A DNA stretch of 64,000 bases from contig CAYSCM010000001.1 in the NCBI GenBank assembly GCA_964429815.1, positions 64,001-128,000 of the forward strand, read 5' to 3'. Positions within the stretch are counted from its first letter, which is position 1. Each line of letters starts with the position of its first letter. A program made the translations under genes and the position numbers. Below are positions 17,997-29,073 of the stretch, piece after piece. Source of the DNA: an uncultured Candidatus Saccharibacteria bacterium. GTDB taxonomy: Bacteria > Patescibacteriota > Minisyncoccia > Phycocordibacterales > CAYSCM01. Below the pieces are notes generated by a model. The model worked only from the letters and a program-made list of their open reading frames with translations, did not search any database and was not told where the DNA came from.

Positions 17997-18251
17997 TCAA
18001 GGGAAGGTTCGGTCGATGAACGAGCCGAAGTAGCCGACGCCGAAGCCGAGTCCGAGGTACTGGAGCGGTCGGAGCGGTGCCTCGAGCATGTTGACGGCAG
18101 CGTAGGCGCCGAGCATCCAGGCTATACCTACCGTGAGCGCCCCGGCGGCCACGCCGGTCGCAACGTCACGGTACCAAGAGGCCTGAGCGTCCCACATGTG
18201 GTCGAGGCGCTCGAGTCCAGTGCGATAGTTCCGTAGGGTTCCGTCGGGCAT
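17997..18251 (-). CDS. small 2-TM membrane protein (84 aa), inside the 16S insert
   Basis: Strong SD (AAGGAGG) 6 nt upstream of ATG. Hydrophobic segments VATGVAAGALTVGIAWMLGAYAAV and YLGLGFGVGYFGSF. Confidence 0.5.
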   Translation of the reverse strand: MPDGTLRNYRTGLERLDHMWDAQASWYRDVATGVAAGALTVGIAWMLGAYAAVNMLEAPLRPLQYLGLGFGVGYFGSFIDRTFP

Positions 18252-18326
18252 AGGAACCTCCTTTCCTTTCCCGTCCCTGTTCTACCGAAGTTTTGCGCTC
18301 TACACAATGGCTTCCTCCCCATGCGC

Positions 18327-18356
18327 AAAAAAGCCCCTTATAAGGGGCTTTTTTGC
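18327..18356. terminator. palindromic bidirectional intrinsic terminator (AAAAAAGCCCCUUAUAAGGGGCUUUUUU)
   Basis: Perfect 9-bp stem with A/U tracts on both sides. It lies about 170 nt into the insert that follows the 16S body. Confidence 0.65.
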
Positions 18357-18528
18357 GTTGGTACCAGAGTCTCTTTTGTTCCGTTCAATATACCAGTACG
18401 CATTTCTGGAAAGCGAGCAGACTTTAAAGACATACTGCTATGGTCTACTTCCGTACTCGATCGAGATACAGAATATCGACCGGATAAGTCTTACCTTCCG
18501 AAGAAGGAGACAGTTCCGATTGGAATTA

Positions 18529-19980
<1,452 letters not shown>

Positions 19981-20386
19981 AATTCGTTGAACGGAACAAA
20001 AGAGAGGCTGGTACCTCCTTCTTGATTCCTTTTACCCGTCCGAGCCGCAAAGCGGTTAGGATTAGGGTTTTTTGATCAGACTACACCGCCCTGGTTGGCG
20101 GCTAATCTAGTTGAACAGATTTTGTCTGCTCGCACATAACGTTCTTTGATTATCAATGATCACTACCTCATTGGCCGTTCGCCTCAAGCGGATTAGGCCG
20201 AAACAAAAACCTGCCCAAGGCAGTGCAGACAGTATACGCAGAATTTGATGGGTGTCAAATGAAGGTCGCTCGCACACATCTTTTTGGAAACACGCATAAA
20301 ATAGGGCTTATTTTTGCTCCGCTCGCGCCGTCGCTCTGTGCGAGGTTTCCAAAAAGAGAATGCTCGCTCAAACAGGAAATGTAAAA

Positions 20387-20989
20387 TCAGATTGCGCCAC
20401 TCTGTGGAGGTTTTTTATTGAGATGTTGCCCAAAGAACGCCAGAGCTGTGATCGTTGTGTTGGCAAAAATCAAATAAATCGGATAAATCAGGTTAGCAAT
20501 ATCGAATTTTGTAGTCGAGACGGCAGCTAGAATTGCAGCGACGGCAATCATTGCCCACCCGAGAACGTTTTCTGAATAGGGCTCTCGATATGTCTTGGCT
20601 ATTGTCGGAATAGTCGAAATCAGGTCAGCCAGTACCGCTAGAATGAGCGCTACGAGAGGTTGTTTTGTAATTTGCCACAAACCTATAGCGATTATTGCTA
20701 GAGCAAAACAAGTATAATCAAGTGCCCCGTATTTTCTGTACCCATAACCAGACAAAGCAACAACAAGAATAAGCGCAGTGTTAAAAGTTGTTGTTATCAA
20801 GATTATGATGGACCACGATGCGCCGGCACTGAACTGAGCGGCTATGGCAATAATTTGTAGCGTGGTCCAAAGAACAAATGAAATTATATTTGGCCGAGTC
20901 GTACCCTTTATCATGCTTCTGACATAGGGGAAAACAGAGGCAATCTGGATTATTCCAGCAATAATTCCAACTACCGCATGCCAATCCAT
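20387..20989 (-). CDS. hypothetical integral membrane protein (~6 TM)
   Basis: Start placed at MDWHAVVGIIAGIIQ..., whose ATG overlaps the stop of secF. The upstream part of ORF 20387..21211 is antisense to secF. Confidence 0.5.
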   Translation of the reverse strand: MDWHAVVGIIAGIIQIASVFPYVRSMIKGTTRPNIISFVLWTTLQIIAIAAQFSAGASWSIIILITTTFNTALILVVALSGYGYRKYGALDYTCFALAIIAIGLWQITKQPLVALILAVLADLISTIPTIAKTYREPYSENVLGWAMIAVAAILAAVSTTKFDIANLIYPIYLIFANTTITALAFFGQHLNKKPPQSGAI

Positions 20990-20990
20990 C

Positions 20991-21893
20991 TTATTTCTTC
21001 TGCCAGCGCTCGATGGTGACGAGAAGTGGCGAGCCGAGGAAAATTGAGGAGTAGGTACCAGCGGCAATACCAATGAGAAGGGCAAGGGCGAAATTTTTGG
21101 TCGCCTCCGCGCCGAAAAAGTAAAGCGCGAGGAGCGAGAGGAGCACGGAGAGCGAGGTGTTGATCGAGCGATTAAAGGTCTGCGCAATACTCTTCCCAAC
21201 CGTAGTCCCAAACTCTTCCCGAATTCCCTGCTGGTGATTCACGCGGAGATTTTCACGCACGCGGTCGAAGACGACGATGGTATCGTGGACCGAAAAACCG
21301 AGCACCACGAGAAGCGCAGTGACAAAGAGCGTATCCACCTCAAACCCGGCATAGTGTCCGAGTATCGCAAATACCCCCGTTGGAATGATGACGTTATGGA
21401 TAAGCCCCACAATGGCGACCAATCCATACTTCCACGATGAAACAGGCTGCGACACCTTGCGAAACGCGAACGCGATGAAGAGGAGGATGGCCACGATGAC
21501 GAGCGCGACCGCGATCGTCGACTTGGTGCGAAGTTCCGAGCCGATCGTGGGGCCGATAGAGTTGTGCTGCTCACTCGTGATCTTCGCCGTCCCCCCGAGA
21601 GAAAGGGCGTTGAGAACTGCCACACGCTCTGGCTCTTGGAGATCTCGCGAACGAAGGATGTAACCATCGACTCCTGTGGGGCGCAGCGAGTAGGTTCCGA
21701 GCGTGAGAGTATTTAATTTACCCTCAGCCGCGGTTTTATCGGGCACTTGTCCCGCGTAGTGGACCTCTGTGAGAGCCCCGCCGGTAAAATCAATGCCGAG
21801 CTGAAGTCCAAAGAAAACAATCGCAAGGAGAGAGAGCCCCACCAGGACGGCGGAGAGGGCGTAGAAGAGTTTTCGATAAGTGATGACGAACAT
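20991..21893 (-). CDS. secF: protein translocase subunit SecF
   Basis: 300 aa. SecF signature LGIDFTGG, plus the FRKVSQPVSS... and ...GFSVHDTIVVFDRVREN blocks typical of the SecD/F family. Confidence 0.9.
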   Translation of the reverse strand: MFVITYRKLFYALSAVLVGLSLLAIVFFGLQLGIDFTGGALTEVHYAGQVPDKTAAEGKLNTLTLGTYSLRPTGVDGYILRSRDLQEPERVAVLNALSLGGTAKITSEQHNSIGPTIGSELRTKSTIAVALVIVAILLFIAFAFRKVSQPVSSWKYGLVAIVGLIHNVIIPTGVFAILGHYAGFEVDTLFVTALLVVLGFSVHDTIVVFDRVRENLRVNHQQGIREEFGTTVGKSIAQTFNRSINTSLSVLLSLLALYFFGAEATKNFALALLIGIAAGTYSSIFLGSPLLVTIERWQKK

Positions 21894-21895
21894 AG

Positions 21896-23281
21896 CTAGA
21901 ATTTGAACCCGTTACCAAAGAGTGCTCGCACTGCGCCCTTGTTTTCCCGGTGAAGAAGGCCGAGCGCATAAAGGAAGGTACGGCTTATAGAGACCGCGGT
22001 AAACATCGAGACGAGGACCCCGACCCCGAAGACAAGCGCAAAACCTTTAATAACCGCTGTGCCGCCAAGCCAGTAGAGGATAAAGGCGGTAATGATGGAA
22101 GAAATATTTGAGTCGCGGATTGAAGGCCACGCACGCGCAAAGCCTTCACGGATGGCTTCACCGAGCTTGTGTCCACGATTGAGCTCCTCTTTCATACGCT
22201 CGAATATGAGAATGTTCGCGTCAACCGCCATACCGACAGAGAGAATGAATCCTGCGATGCCGGCCGCAGTGAGCGTCACCGGGATGATCTTAAAGAGCGC
22301 GAGCATCATGACGACGTACATTCCGAGCGCCAGAATAGAGATGAGGCCGGGGAGGCGGTACCACAGGAGCATGAAGAGGGCGACGGCAAGGAAGCCGAGT
22401 TCGCCCGCATAGACACTCTTAGCTGCTGCCGCTTCTCCGAGCGAGGCACCGATCGTTTGAGTCCCGATAAGGGAAATGGGTACAGGGAGCGCGCCGAAAT
22501 TGAGGCTCTGCACAAGATCGCGCGCCTCGGTCGGCGTAAAGTTCCCGGAAATCGTCGCTTTACCACCAGTGATGGCCTCGCGGATGACTGGGGTCGATAT
22601 CGGTACGCCGTCGAGGAAAATGCCCAGTACGCCGCCTACATGCTCGCGCGTAATCTTTTCAAAAAGCGCCGAACCTTCCGCATTGAATTCGATCGACACG
22701 ATCGGTTGATTAATGTTCGCGCCACCCTGCCCTGTCCCGAAATTGAGCGTTGCGCGGGAGAAGAGGCGCCCGGTGAGGCCGGTGTCCGTGAAGGCCGAGT
22801 TGACGTCGAAAGTTTTGGCCTCTGAGGAGCCCGGCTCCGGTATCTTCGCGTCCGGCTTCATGAGCTTGAACTCAAGGAGAGGCGTCTTGCCGATGGCGAA
22901 AATCGCGGCGTTTACGTCCGTGACGCCAGGAAGCTCGACGATGAGGCGGTTCTCGGAGACGCCGGAGAGCGCGCTTGCGCGCTCCACCTGCACGAGAGGC
23001 TCCGAGACACCGAAAGCATTTACACGGCTCTCAATGACGGTGCGCAGCACTTCCATCGATGGTCCAATGTCGCCGGAAGCAACCTTTTTGGTGTCGGCTT
23101 TGTAGACGAGATGCGACCCGCCCGAGAGGTCGAGGCCGAGCTTAAAGGCGAAGCGCCCCGGGGAAAGCTGGGAGTGATAGACGAAGTAGCCGACCGCAAT
23201 CCCTGCGATGAGTATTAAAATGGCACTGACGCGCTGCCATACCATGGGGGTGAGCTTAGCAGAAAACCCTACCGTATGCAC
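21896..23281 (-). CDS. secD: protein translocase subunit SecD
   Basis: 461 aa. LGLDLSGG, periplasmic domain, and C-terminal six-TM domain with GxxxDANIL motif. The true start may be the internal MVWQRVS at 23245. Confidence 0.9.
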   Translation of the reverse strand: MHTVGFSAKLTPMVWQRVSAILILIAGIAVGYFVYHSQLSPGRFAFKLGLDLSGGSHLVYKADTKKVASGDIGPSMEVLRTVIESRVNAFGVSEPLVQVERASALSGVSENRLIVELPGVTDVNAAIFAIGKTPLLEFKLMKPDAKIPEPGSSEAKTFDVNSAFTDTGLTGRLFSRATLNFGTGQGGANINQPIVSIEFNAEGSALFEKITREHVGGVLGIFLDGVPISTPVIREAITGGKATISGNFTPTEARDLVQSLNFGALPVPISLIGTQTIGASLGEAAAAKSVYAGELGFLAVALFMLLWYRLPGLISILALGMYVVMMLALFKIIPVTLTAAGIAGFILSVGMAVDANILIFERMKEELNRGHKLGEAIREGFARAWPSIRDSNISSIITAFILYWLGGTAVIKGFALVFGVGVLVSMFTAVSISRTFLYALGLLHRENKGAVRALFGNGFKF

Positions 23282-23286
23282 TACTG

Positions 23287-24231
23287 CTACAGGAGCTCCT
23301 GGGTTTGTGTGAGACCTTCGATAAGCGTATGTCGAGGCACGTATCCGAGAATCTTTTTTGCCTTAGATATATCGGCAAAGCTGTGTGGGATATCTCCAGG
23401 GCGAGAGGGCGCAAAATGAGGCTCGATAGAGGTTCCAAGCACGGTGTTGATGGTCGCCACAAGTTCGCGAAGGTTCGTCCGCTCCAGCCCCCCCACATTG
23501 AAAACCTCGCCCGCGATACCCTCTTTCTCTGCCGCCAAGATATTTGCAGCCACGGCGTCGGAGACGTAGGTGAACGAGCGGGAAGCTGACCCATCGCCAT
23601 AAATAGTCGGCCGTTCCCCGGCCTTCATAAGTTTAATGAATTTGGGAATTACCGCGGAATACTCTGAATTCGGATCCTGCCGCGGCCCATAGATATTAAA
23701 ATAGCGTAGGGAGACAGTTTCGAGCCCGAAAAGCGAATAAAATTGTTTTGCGTACACCTCCCCGAGATATTTCTGCGCAGCATAGGGAGAAAGAGGATTG
23801 GGAGGCAAATCTTCGACCTGCGGTAGCACGGGCGTGTCGCCATAGTAGGAACTTGATGCGGCATACACCACTCGCTGGACGCCCGTGTCGCGGGCCGCGA
23901 GAAGTACCTGGAGCGTTCCCGTCGCATTCGCCTCATGCGAGGTAAGCGGGTCCCGTACGCTCTTGGGAACGGACGGTACCGCTGCCTGGTGGAACACAAC
24001 ATTAGCGCCCGAGAAAACGCGGGCGAGAGCGCCGAGGTCGAGAATGCTCGCCGGTATGAATTCGATACGGTCGGCAACACCTTTAAGATTTTCTGCACTA
24101 CCTGTTGATACGTCATCGACCACTCTGACGGTATACCCGCGCAACAGAAGCTCTTCAACGAGATGCGAACCAATGAATCCCGCACCTCCTGTTACCACAG
24201 CTCTTTTCATGGTAGGTGTAACGACCTTCAT
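23287..24231 (-). CDS. NAD-dependent epimerase/dehydratase (UDP-hexose/HexNAc 4-epimerase-like)
   Basis: AVVTGGAGFIGSHLVEELL, YAAQKYLGE (YxxxK), and extended-SDR C-terminus. The likely start is the internal MKRAVVTGG at 24210. Confidence 0.8.
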   Translation of the reverse strand: MKVVTPTMKRAVVTGGAGFIGSHLVEELLLRGYTVRVVDDVSTGSAENLKGVADRIEFIPASILDLGALARVFSGANVVFHQAAVPSVPKSVRDPLTSHEANATGTLQVLLAARDTGVQRVVYAASSSYYGDTPVLPQVEDLPPNPLSPYAAQKYLGEVYAKQFYSLFGLETVSLRYFNIYGPRQDPNSEYSAVIPKFIKLMKAGERPTIYGDGSASRSFTYVSDAVAANILAAEKEGIAGEVFNVGGLERTNLRELVATINTVLGTSIEPHFAPSRPGDIPHSFADISKAKKILGYVPRHTLIEGLTQTQELL

Positions 24232-24236
24232 GCGGC

Positions 24237-25586
24237 CTACGTTCCACTTCTCGAGAGAAGTGCGCGTACGGTCTTAAGGGCAATGTGGAAATCAAGCACG
24301 AGTGAGCGGTGTTTTACGTAGTACAAGTCGTAGGAGAGTTTCCGCGCTGTTTTTTCAACGTCAACGACACCCCGGGGGGCATCGTAGTCATTGATCTGTG
24401 CCCAGCCGGAGAGACCTGGCTTCACCAGGTGTCGGGCGTTGTAGAGAGGTAATTCTTTTTCGTAGGCCCTAACCAACGTGGGGATCTCCGGACGAGGCCC
24501 GATGAGAGAGAGCTCACCCCGTAAGACATTCAAGAGCTGGGGAAACTCGTCGATACGTGATTTGCGCAGTACTTTTCCCGCCTCCGTGATACGGTTTTTC
24601 TTGTGAAGCTCAGGATCGCCGTGATCATCAAAGAGCCAAGAGCGGAATTTCATGAGCTCAAAAGAGCGGTTATTCTGTCCGACCCTCTCCTGAGATATAA
24701 AAAGCGGCCCCGAGGAAGTTACTCTCAGTGCGATCGCGCCTCCAAAGCAAAATGGGAGCGCGATGACACCCGCAATGAGTGCCACCACGATGTCCATCGC
24801 ACGCTTGAGCGCGTCATACGCACTATGCCGATCGCGAATTTCTTCAGTGAGAAGCTTGGTTTCGTCGATGAGTGTAAGCGGCACACGCTGAAAGAGGTCC
24901 TCAAAGAGCGTCGCAGTATCGATAAAACGCGTACCCTCGAACACTAACGCGGAAAAATCGCGCGCGTACGGGGAAAGTTTCTCGTGGTGCGCATCGAATA
25001 CAATGACCCGAGGCCTTTCTTGGCGCGCACGCGCGAGAATTTTTTTTGCATCGAAGGCGCTCGCGGAGATTTTGTCTTTAAGGATGATGCCGTGTCGTGG
25101 ATTATGTGTGAGCTCATGCGCTATCGCATCTATCTCCTTTCCCTCCCCAATGAGATACGCTGTCACAGGTACCCGAGGTCGAAGCTTCGGGACAATGAGA
25201 AGTCGCCAGAAAAGAATACTCCCCACAGATACACCGAGGTAGATGAGAAGTGTCGTCTTCGGAGCAATACCAAACCAAGGAGCAAAGAAAAAGAACAAGG
25301 CGGCAATGATGACATTCGCGACTTGGGCCTGGACAATCGCTAGCGGCATGCGCTCAACCACCGCGAGAGTGCGACGCTCGTAGAGCTCAAGAATGAAAAA
25401 AACCCCTATCCAAACGAGAAAGAGGAACGAAAACGGCACAAGATGTTGCAGGAAAACGGCTCCGGTCGGAAACGAAAAGGTCCTCAAATAGAGGGATAGC
25501 CATAGGGACGCGACAAAACAAAAAACGTCTCCGAGGAGGAGCACGAAGGTGCCGGTGTGCCGAAGCCGCATGGTCACACCATACAA
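24237..25586 (-). CDS. polyprenyl-phosphate hexose-1-phosphate transferase (bacterial sugar transferase, WbaP/WcaJ-like priming enzyme)
   Basis: 449 aa. Multi-TM N-terminus. C-terminal Bac_transf motifs GPLFISQERVGQNNRSFELMKFRSW, DEFPQLLNVLRGELSLIGPRP, KPGLSGWAQIN. Confidence 0.85.
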   Translation of the reverse strand: MYGVTMRLRHTGTFVLLLGDVFCFVASLWLSLYLRTFSFPTGAVFLQHLVPFSFLFLVWIGVFFILELYERRTLAVVERMPLAIVQAQVANVIIAALFFFFAPWFGIAPKTTLLIYLGVSVGSILFWRLLIVPKLRPRVPVTAYLIGEGKEIDAIAHELTHNPRHGIILKDKISASAFDAKKILARARQERPRVIVFDAHHEKLSPYARDFSALVFEGTRFIDTATLFEDLFQRVPLTLIDETKLLTEEIRDRHSAYDALKRAMDIVVALIAGVIALPFCFGGAIALRVTSSGPLFISQERVGQNNRSFELMKFRSWLFDDHGDPELHKKNRITEAGKVLRKSRIDEFPQLLNVLRGELSLIGPRPEIPTLVRAYEKELPLYNARHLVKPGLSGWAQINDYDAPRGVVDVEKTARKLSYDLYYVKHRSLVLDFHIALKTVRALLSRSGT

Positions 25587-25649
25587 CGATTTAGCTCTTA
25601 CACAAGTTACCTATGTGGAGCGCTACCTCGTGGTAGCCTTTTATAAACT

Positions 25650-26762
25650 ATGAAGGTTCTCTATGTCATCACAAAAGGTAATTTTGGAGGCGCCCAGCGC
25701 TACGTGTTTGAGTTGGCGGTTGAAGCAAAACGTCGAGGGCATGATGTGACTGTCGTTTACGGGGAGCCCGGCGTATTGATCAAGAAGCTAGCAGGGGCCT
25801 ACATACGGACAATTTCCCTTTCTACTCTTCAGAGAAACATCAATCCCCTCAAAGAGATCGGGAGTTTCATTCGCCTTGTGTCCCTCATACATTCATTACA
25901 TCCTGATGTGGTCCATCTCAATAGCGCCAAAGCCGGAGGACTCGGCGCCCTCGCCGCTCGCGTGATGGCAGTACCACGAATTGTTTTCACTGTTCATGGC
26001 TGGCCCTTTAACGAAGAACGGCTATGGGTTGACAACATGGTCCGGGCTTTGTTGCAGTGGCTTACGGTGATGCTAACGCATGTAAGCATTGTCGTTGCAG
26101 AGAGCGACAAAAAGCAGGTCGCTCACTGGCCCTTTGTGCAGAAGAAAATAGTGTGCATTCATAATGGCGTTGGCACCATAGATTTTCTTGAAAGGAGCAC
26201 CTCGCGCGCAAACCTTTTATCTACGCACGTCGAGAAATTCTGGATCGGAGCACATACCGAAAACAAAAATAAGGGCATCGACTTTCTTTTGAAAGCCTAT
26301 GCGCGCGCCCGGGAAAAACTTTCTTCCGCGATCATCGTACTTTTCGGCACAGGGCCGGAAGAGTCCAATCTTAAACGCCTCACACGGGAGTTAGGGATCG
26401 AGGATAAGGTTTTTTTTCTTGGATTTTTAGATAATGCACGAGCGTACCTTAAAGCTTTCGATGTTTACACCATTCCCTCCCGTAAAGAAGGATTGCCGTA
26501 TTCACTCCTCGAGGCCGGCGCGGCGGGACTCCCGGTCGTTGCGAGCCGGGTGGGAGGCATCCCCGAAGCAGTAACCGACACGCAAAGTGGTTTTCTCACA
26601 GCCCCTGGCGATGTAGTACTTCTTTCAGCCAGGCTCGCAGAGCTCATAGAAAGCGAACCGCTGCGCGAAAAATTTGGACAGGCCTTGCGAGCGAAAGTTG
26701 AAAAAGAATTCTCTCTTTCTCACGTGTTTGAAAAAACATTTGCTCTCTACTCACACCCCTAG
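25650..26762 (+). CDS. glycosyltransferase family 4
   Basis: 370 aa. Glyco_trans_4-like N-terminus (KGNFGGAQRYVFELA) and C-terminal PSRKEGLPYSLLEAGAAGLPVVASRVGGIPE motif. Convergent with rodA, overlapping its 3' end by 12 nt. Confidence 0.8.
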   Translation: MKVLYVITKGNFGGAQRYVFELAVEAKRRGHDVTVVYGEPGVLIKKLAGAYIRTISLSTLQRNINPLKEIGSFIRLVSLIHSLHPDVVHLNSAKAGGLGALAARVMAVPRIVFTVHGWPFNEERLWVDNMVRALLQWLTVMLTHVSIVVAESDKKQVAHWPFVQKKIVCIHNGVGTIDFLERSTSRANLLSTHVEKFWIGAHTENKNKGIDFLLKAYARAREKLSSAIIVLFGTGPEESNLKRLTRELGIEDKVFFLGFLDNARAYLKAFDVYTIPSRKEGLPYSLLEAGAAGLPVVASRVGGIPEAVTDTQSGFLTAPGDVVLLSARLAELIESEPLREKFGQALRAKVEKEFSLSHVFEKTFALYSHP

Positions 26763-27902
26763 AAACTCTTTCCCGATATCGTCGCGGTGGAAGGCCCTGC
26801 TGTAGGCTCGCTGTCCCATCAAAATGCCGAGCCCCATATACTCGGTGAGGAGGTGTGAGCCGCCGTAGCTCATGAAGGGAATGGTGATGCCGGTCACCGG
26901 CAAGAGCCCGATGTTGAAACCGATGTGAATGATGAGGTGACTCAAGAAGTACACCGCAAGGCCAGCTGCAAATAAGGTCTCAAAATTACTCTCCCCGTGC
27001 ATAGCGGTCGCGATGATACGCCACAAAATAATCCCGTAGAGGATAAAGAGCAGAAGAACGCCAACAAATCCCCACTCTTCGGCGAACGCTGCGAAGATAA
27101 AGTCCGTTTGATACTCAGGGAGAAACTGCAGCCGGCTCTGGGTTCCGTAACCAACCCCCTTCCCCACAAGCCGTCCCGAGCCGACCGCGATCGTGGACTG
27201 GTAGGCATTGTAGCCGGCGCCGCGAATGTCGGTGAGGGGGTGAATGAACGTGAGGACGCGCTGCTTCTGGTATGGCCGGAGTGCAAAGAGCCACATGCCC
27301 GCCGCTATCACGGCCGCGACCAGAAAGACCGTGAGAAGATGACGAAGCGATATCCCCGCAACGAGGACCATCCCGAGCCATATGGTGCCGATGATGATGG
27401 CCGAACCGAGATCAGGCTGGAGAAAGATGAGGACGAAAGGAACGAGCGTATACGCGCCAGAGAGGAGGATGTGCCGGATGTGTGCTATTTCCACATGCCG
27501 ACGCGAAAAATACTTGGCGAGGACTATGATGAGCACGAGCTTCATCGGGTCGGCGGGTTGCAGCGCGAATGAACCGAAGTTGAAGCGAGCCTGAGCGCCC
27601 TTAGCGATGGAGCCGAACACGAAAATGAGGAAGAGCAGCGCGATGGCCGCGACGTAGAGCGACGCGATAACGGAGGTGCGCCGCAGGAAGTGATAGTCGA
27701 AGAGTGCGAAAATGAAAAAGCTCGCAAGCGCGAGCGCTATCCAGACAAGCTGTTTGTTGAAGAAGTAATTCTCCGCCCCGAAGGAATTCATCGTAAAGAG
27801 GCCTGCCGCGAGGATGGGGAGCGTCGAGAGGAGGAGCACCCAGTCGATACTCTGCCGTATGTTCGTGAAAAAACGGCGTCCTCGGGCGATGGTAGCGGCC
27901 AT
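26751..27902 (-). CDS. SEDS-family peptidoglycan glycosyltransferase (RodA/FtsW)
   Basis: Start MAATIARGRR.... 10 TM helices. C-terminal FIFAAFAEEWGFVG and GLLPVTGITIPFMSYGGSHLLTEYMGLGIL blocks characteristic of the FtsW/RodA/SpoVE family. Confidence 0.85.
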   Translation of the reverse strand: MAATIARGRRFFTNIRQSIDWVLLLSTLPILAAGLFTMNSFGAENYFFNKQLVWIALALASFFIFALFDYHFLRRTSVIASLYVAAIALLFLIFVFGSIAKGAQARFNFGSFALQPADPMKLVLIIVLAKYFSRRHVEIAHIRHILLSGAYTLVPFVLIFLQPDLGSAIIIGTIWLGMVLVAGISLRHLLTVFLVAAVIAAGMWLFALRPYQKQRVLTFIHPLTDIRGAGYNAYQSTIAVGSGRLVGKGVGYGTQSRLQFLPEYQTDFIFAAFAEEWGFVGVLLLFILYGIILWRIIATAMHGESNFETLFAAGLAVYFLSHLIIHIGFNIGLLPVTGITIPFMSYGGSHLLTEYMGLGILMGQRAYSRAFHRDDIGKEFLGV

Positions 27903-27904
27903 GA

Positions 27905-28666
27905 TCAGAGAGGCCTGACCCGGACCTTCACATCGACCGTAGTCGAGGTCGCTGTAAACGGACGAGGCCACGTGAAGGTGAGCGTGTTACTCCCCTGCGC
28001 AGGGAGCTCTCTCACGACCGTGCGGGACGCCGCCATTGCATTGCCGTTTTCGTTGAAGATAACCGCGGTCGCCTCGATGCTTTGTATCGGCCGAAGTGAG
28101 GTGTTGCTGATGGTCACCGTGAGCTTGGGAGAGGCGCCCGCCTCGGAAAGTCCTCGCTCCCCTATCAAAATACTTTTAGCAGGATCGTCGGCTAGGGTGA
28201 AATTTTGTACGGGCGAAAATTCGAAGAAGGTGCGCGAGGGGGTTCGATTCCCCGTCGTTATGCCCGGTTCAACGATGACGTTAACCTGGCCTGGCGAGAG
28301 GAATGTGGTCCCCTTACGCTCCACGACGAGGATGTTTCCCTCATCGTAGAGCTTGAAATCGTAGGGAAAGGAGAGAACAGCACCGCTCTCATTGGGATTG
28401 TTGACGTAGGCGATCGCCGTCCACACCCCCGGCGTTACCTCGACGGAGCGTGCCCACATGACCGTGGCTGGGGATGTTTTGAAGGGGCAGATTTTCTTGC
28501 AAGCGCCACCGCAGTCAATTCCCTCTTCCCTGCCATCTTGTCTGCCGTCGGAGCAGGTCGGCGCCGTGGAGAGGAGTGAGTACGCGATACCCCCAAAAAG
28601 AAGCAGAAGAACGAGTAGTATGCCGCTTACGTAGAGGCCCTTGCGGCGATTAGCCCAGGCTGACAT
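27905..28666 (-). CDS. hypothetical signal-anchored extracytoplasmic protein
   Basis: ORF 27905..28699. Start moved to MSAWANRRKGLYVSGILLVLLLLFGG because the upstream 33 nt lie inside a terminator hairpin. Its stop abuts the rodA start, suggesting an operon with rodA. Confidence 0.5.
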   Translation of the reverse strand: MSAWANRRKGLYVSGILLVLLLLFGGIAYSLLSTAPTCSDGRQDGREEGIDCGGACKKICPFKTSPATVMWARSVEVTPGVWTAIAYVNNPNESGAVLSFPYDFKLYDEGNILVVERKGTTFLSPGQVNVIVEPGITTGNRTPSRTFFEFSPVQNFTLADDPAKSILIGERGLSEAGASPKLTVTISNTSLRPIQSIEATAVIFNENGNAMAASRTVVRELPAQGSNTLTFTWPRPFTATSTTVDVKVRVRPL

Positions 28667-28682
28667 GGGAAGAATAGTAACA

Positions 28683-28713
28683 CGAAAAAAACACCTCACT
28701 TTGAGGTGTTTTT
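28683..28713. terminator. bidirectional intrinsic terminator (A7-ACACCUCA-CUU-UGAGGUGU-U7) ending the 23S-5S transcription unit
   Basis: Perfect 8-bp stem flanked by A7 and T7. Confidence 0.7.
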
Positions 28714-28730
28714 TTGACTTTTAAATCCCC

Positions 28731-28880
28731 TAACCTGGCGGCTACCTACTCTCCCCTTGCGAGTACCTAGCGGCGTAGCGGGCTGAAAGCGAGGGTTCGC
28801 AGCTTTCAGAGCCGCAGGCCTGTTCGAGGCCGAGGCGGGGTCACGCATAAAATGCAGCAGCATTTTATGCGTGACTAACG
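28731..28880 (-). repeat. divergent 5S rRNA-like copy. Its 3' 37 nt are identical to the canonical 5S. It carries an internal ~35-nt extra hairpin, and its 5' part is replaced by a perfect palindrome (GUCACGCAUAAAAUGC-AGCAGC-AUUUUAUGCGUGAC).
   Basis: 28731-28767 equals 28914-28950 exactly. Upstream of that the copy diverges, though the CCUCGAACAGGCC segment still resembles 5S (UUCCGAACACGGCC). Confidence 0.5.
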
Positions 28881-28913
28881 GCATGTCCCGTCCAAAATGT
28901 TAGTTAGAAACTA

Positions 28914-29024
28914 TAACCTGGCGGCTACCTACTCTCCCCTTGCGAGTACCATCGGCGCTAGCGGGCTTAACGGCCGTGTTCGGAATGAGAACGGGTGTTT
29001 CCCCGCCGCCAAACCACCAGATTA
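28914..29024 (-). rRNA. rrf: 5S ribosomal RNA (canonical copy)
   Basis: Reverse complement UCUGGUGGUUUGGCGGCGGGGAAACACCCGUUCUCAUUCCGAACACGGCCGUUAAGCCCGCUAGCGCCGAUGGUACUCGCAAGGGGAGAGUAGGUAGCCGCCAGGUUA. Very similar to Bacillus-type 5S. Confidence 0.85.
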
Positions 29025-29073
29025 TAAATTCCAACTATTTTCGATCTCTAAGTGTGACATTTTGGACGGATTC

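Noticed and set aside
16924-18528. Group I or group II self-splicing intron as explanation for the 16S insert
   Set aside because: There is no GUGYG...AY boundary pattern, no reverse transcriptase or LAGLIDADG/GIY-YIG ORF, and no recognisable P-Q-R-S elements by eye. The insert instead carries terminators and SD-led membrane-protein genes. Not excluded formally, and needs a covariance-model search.
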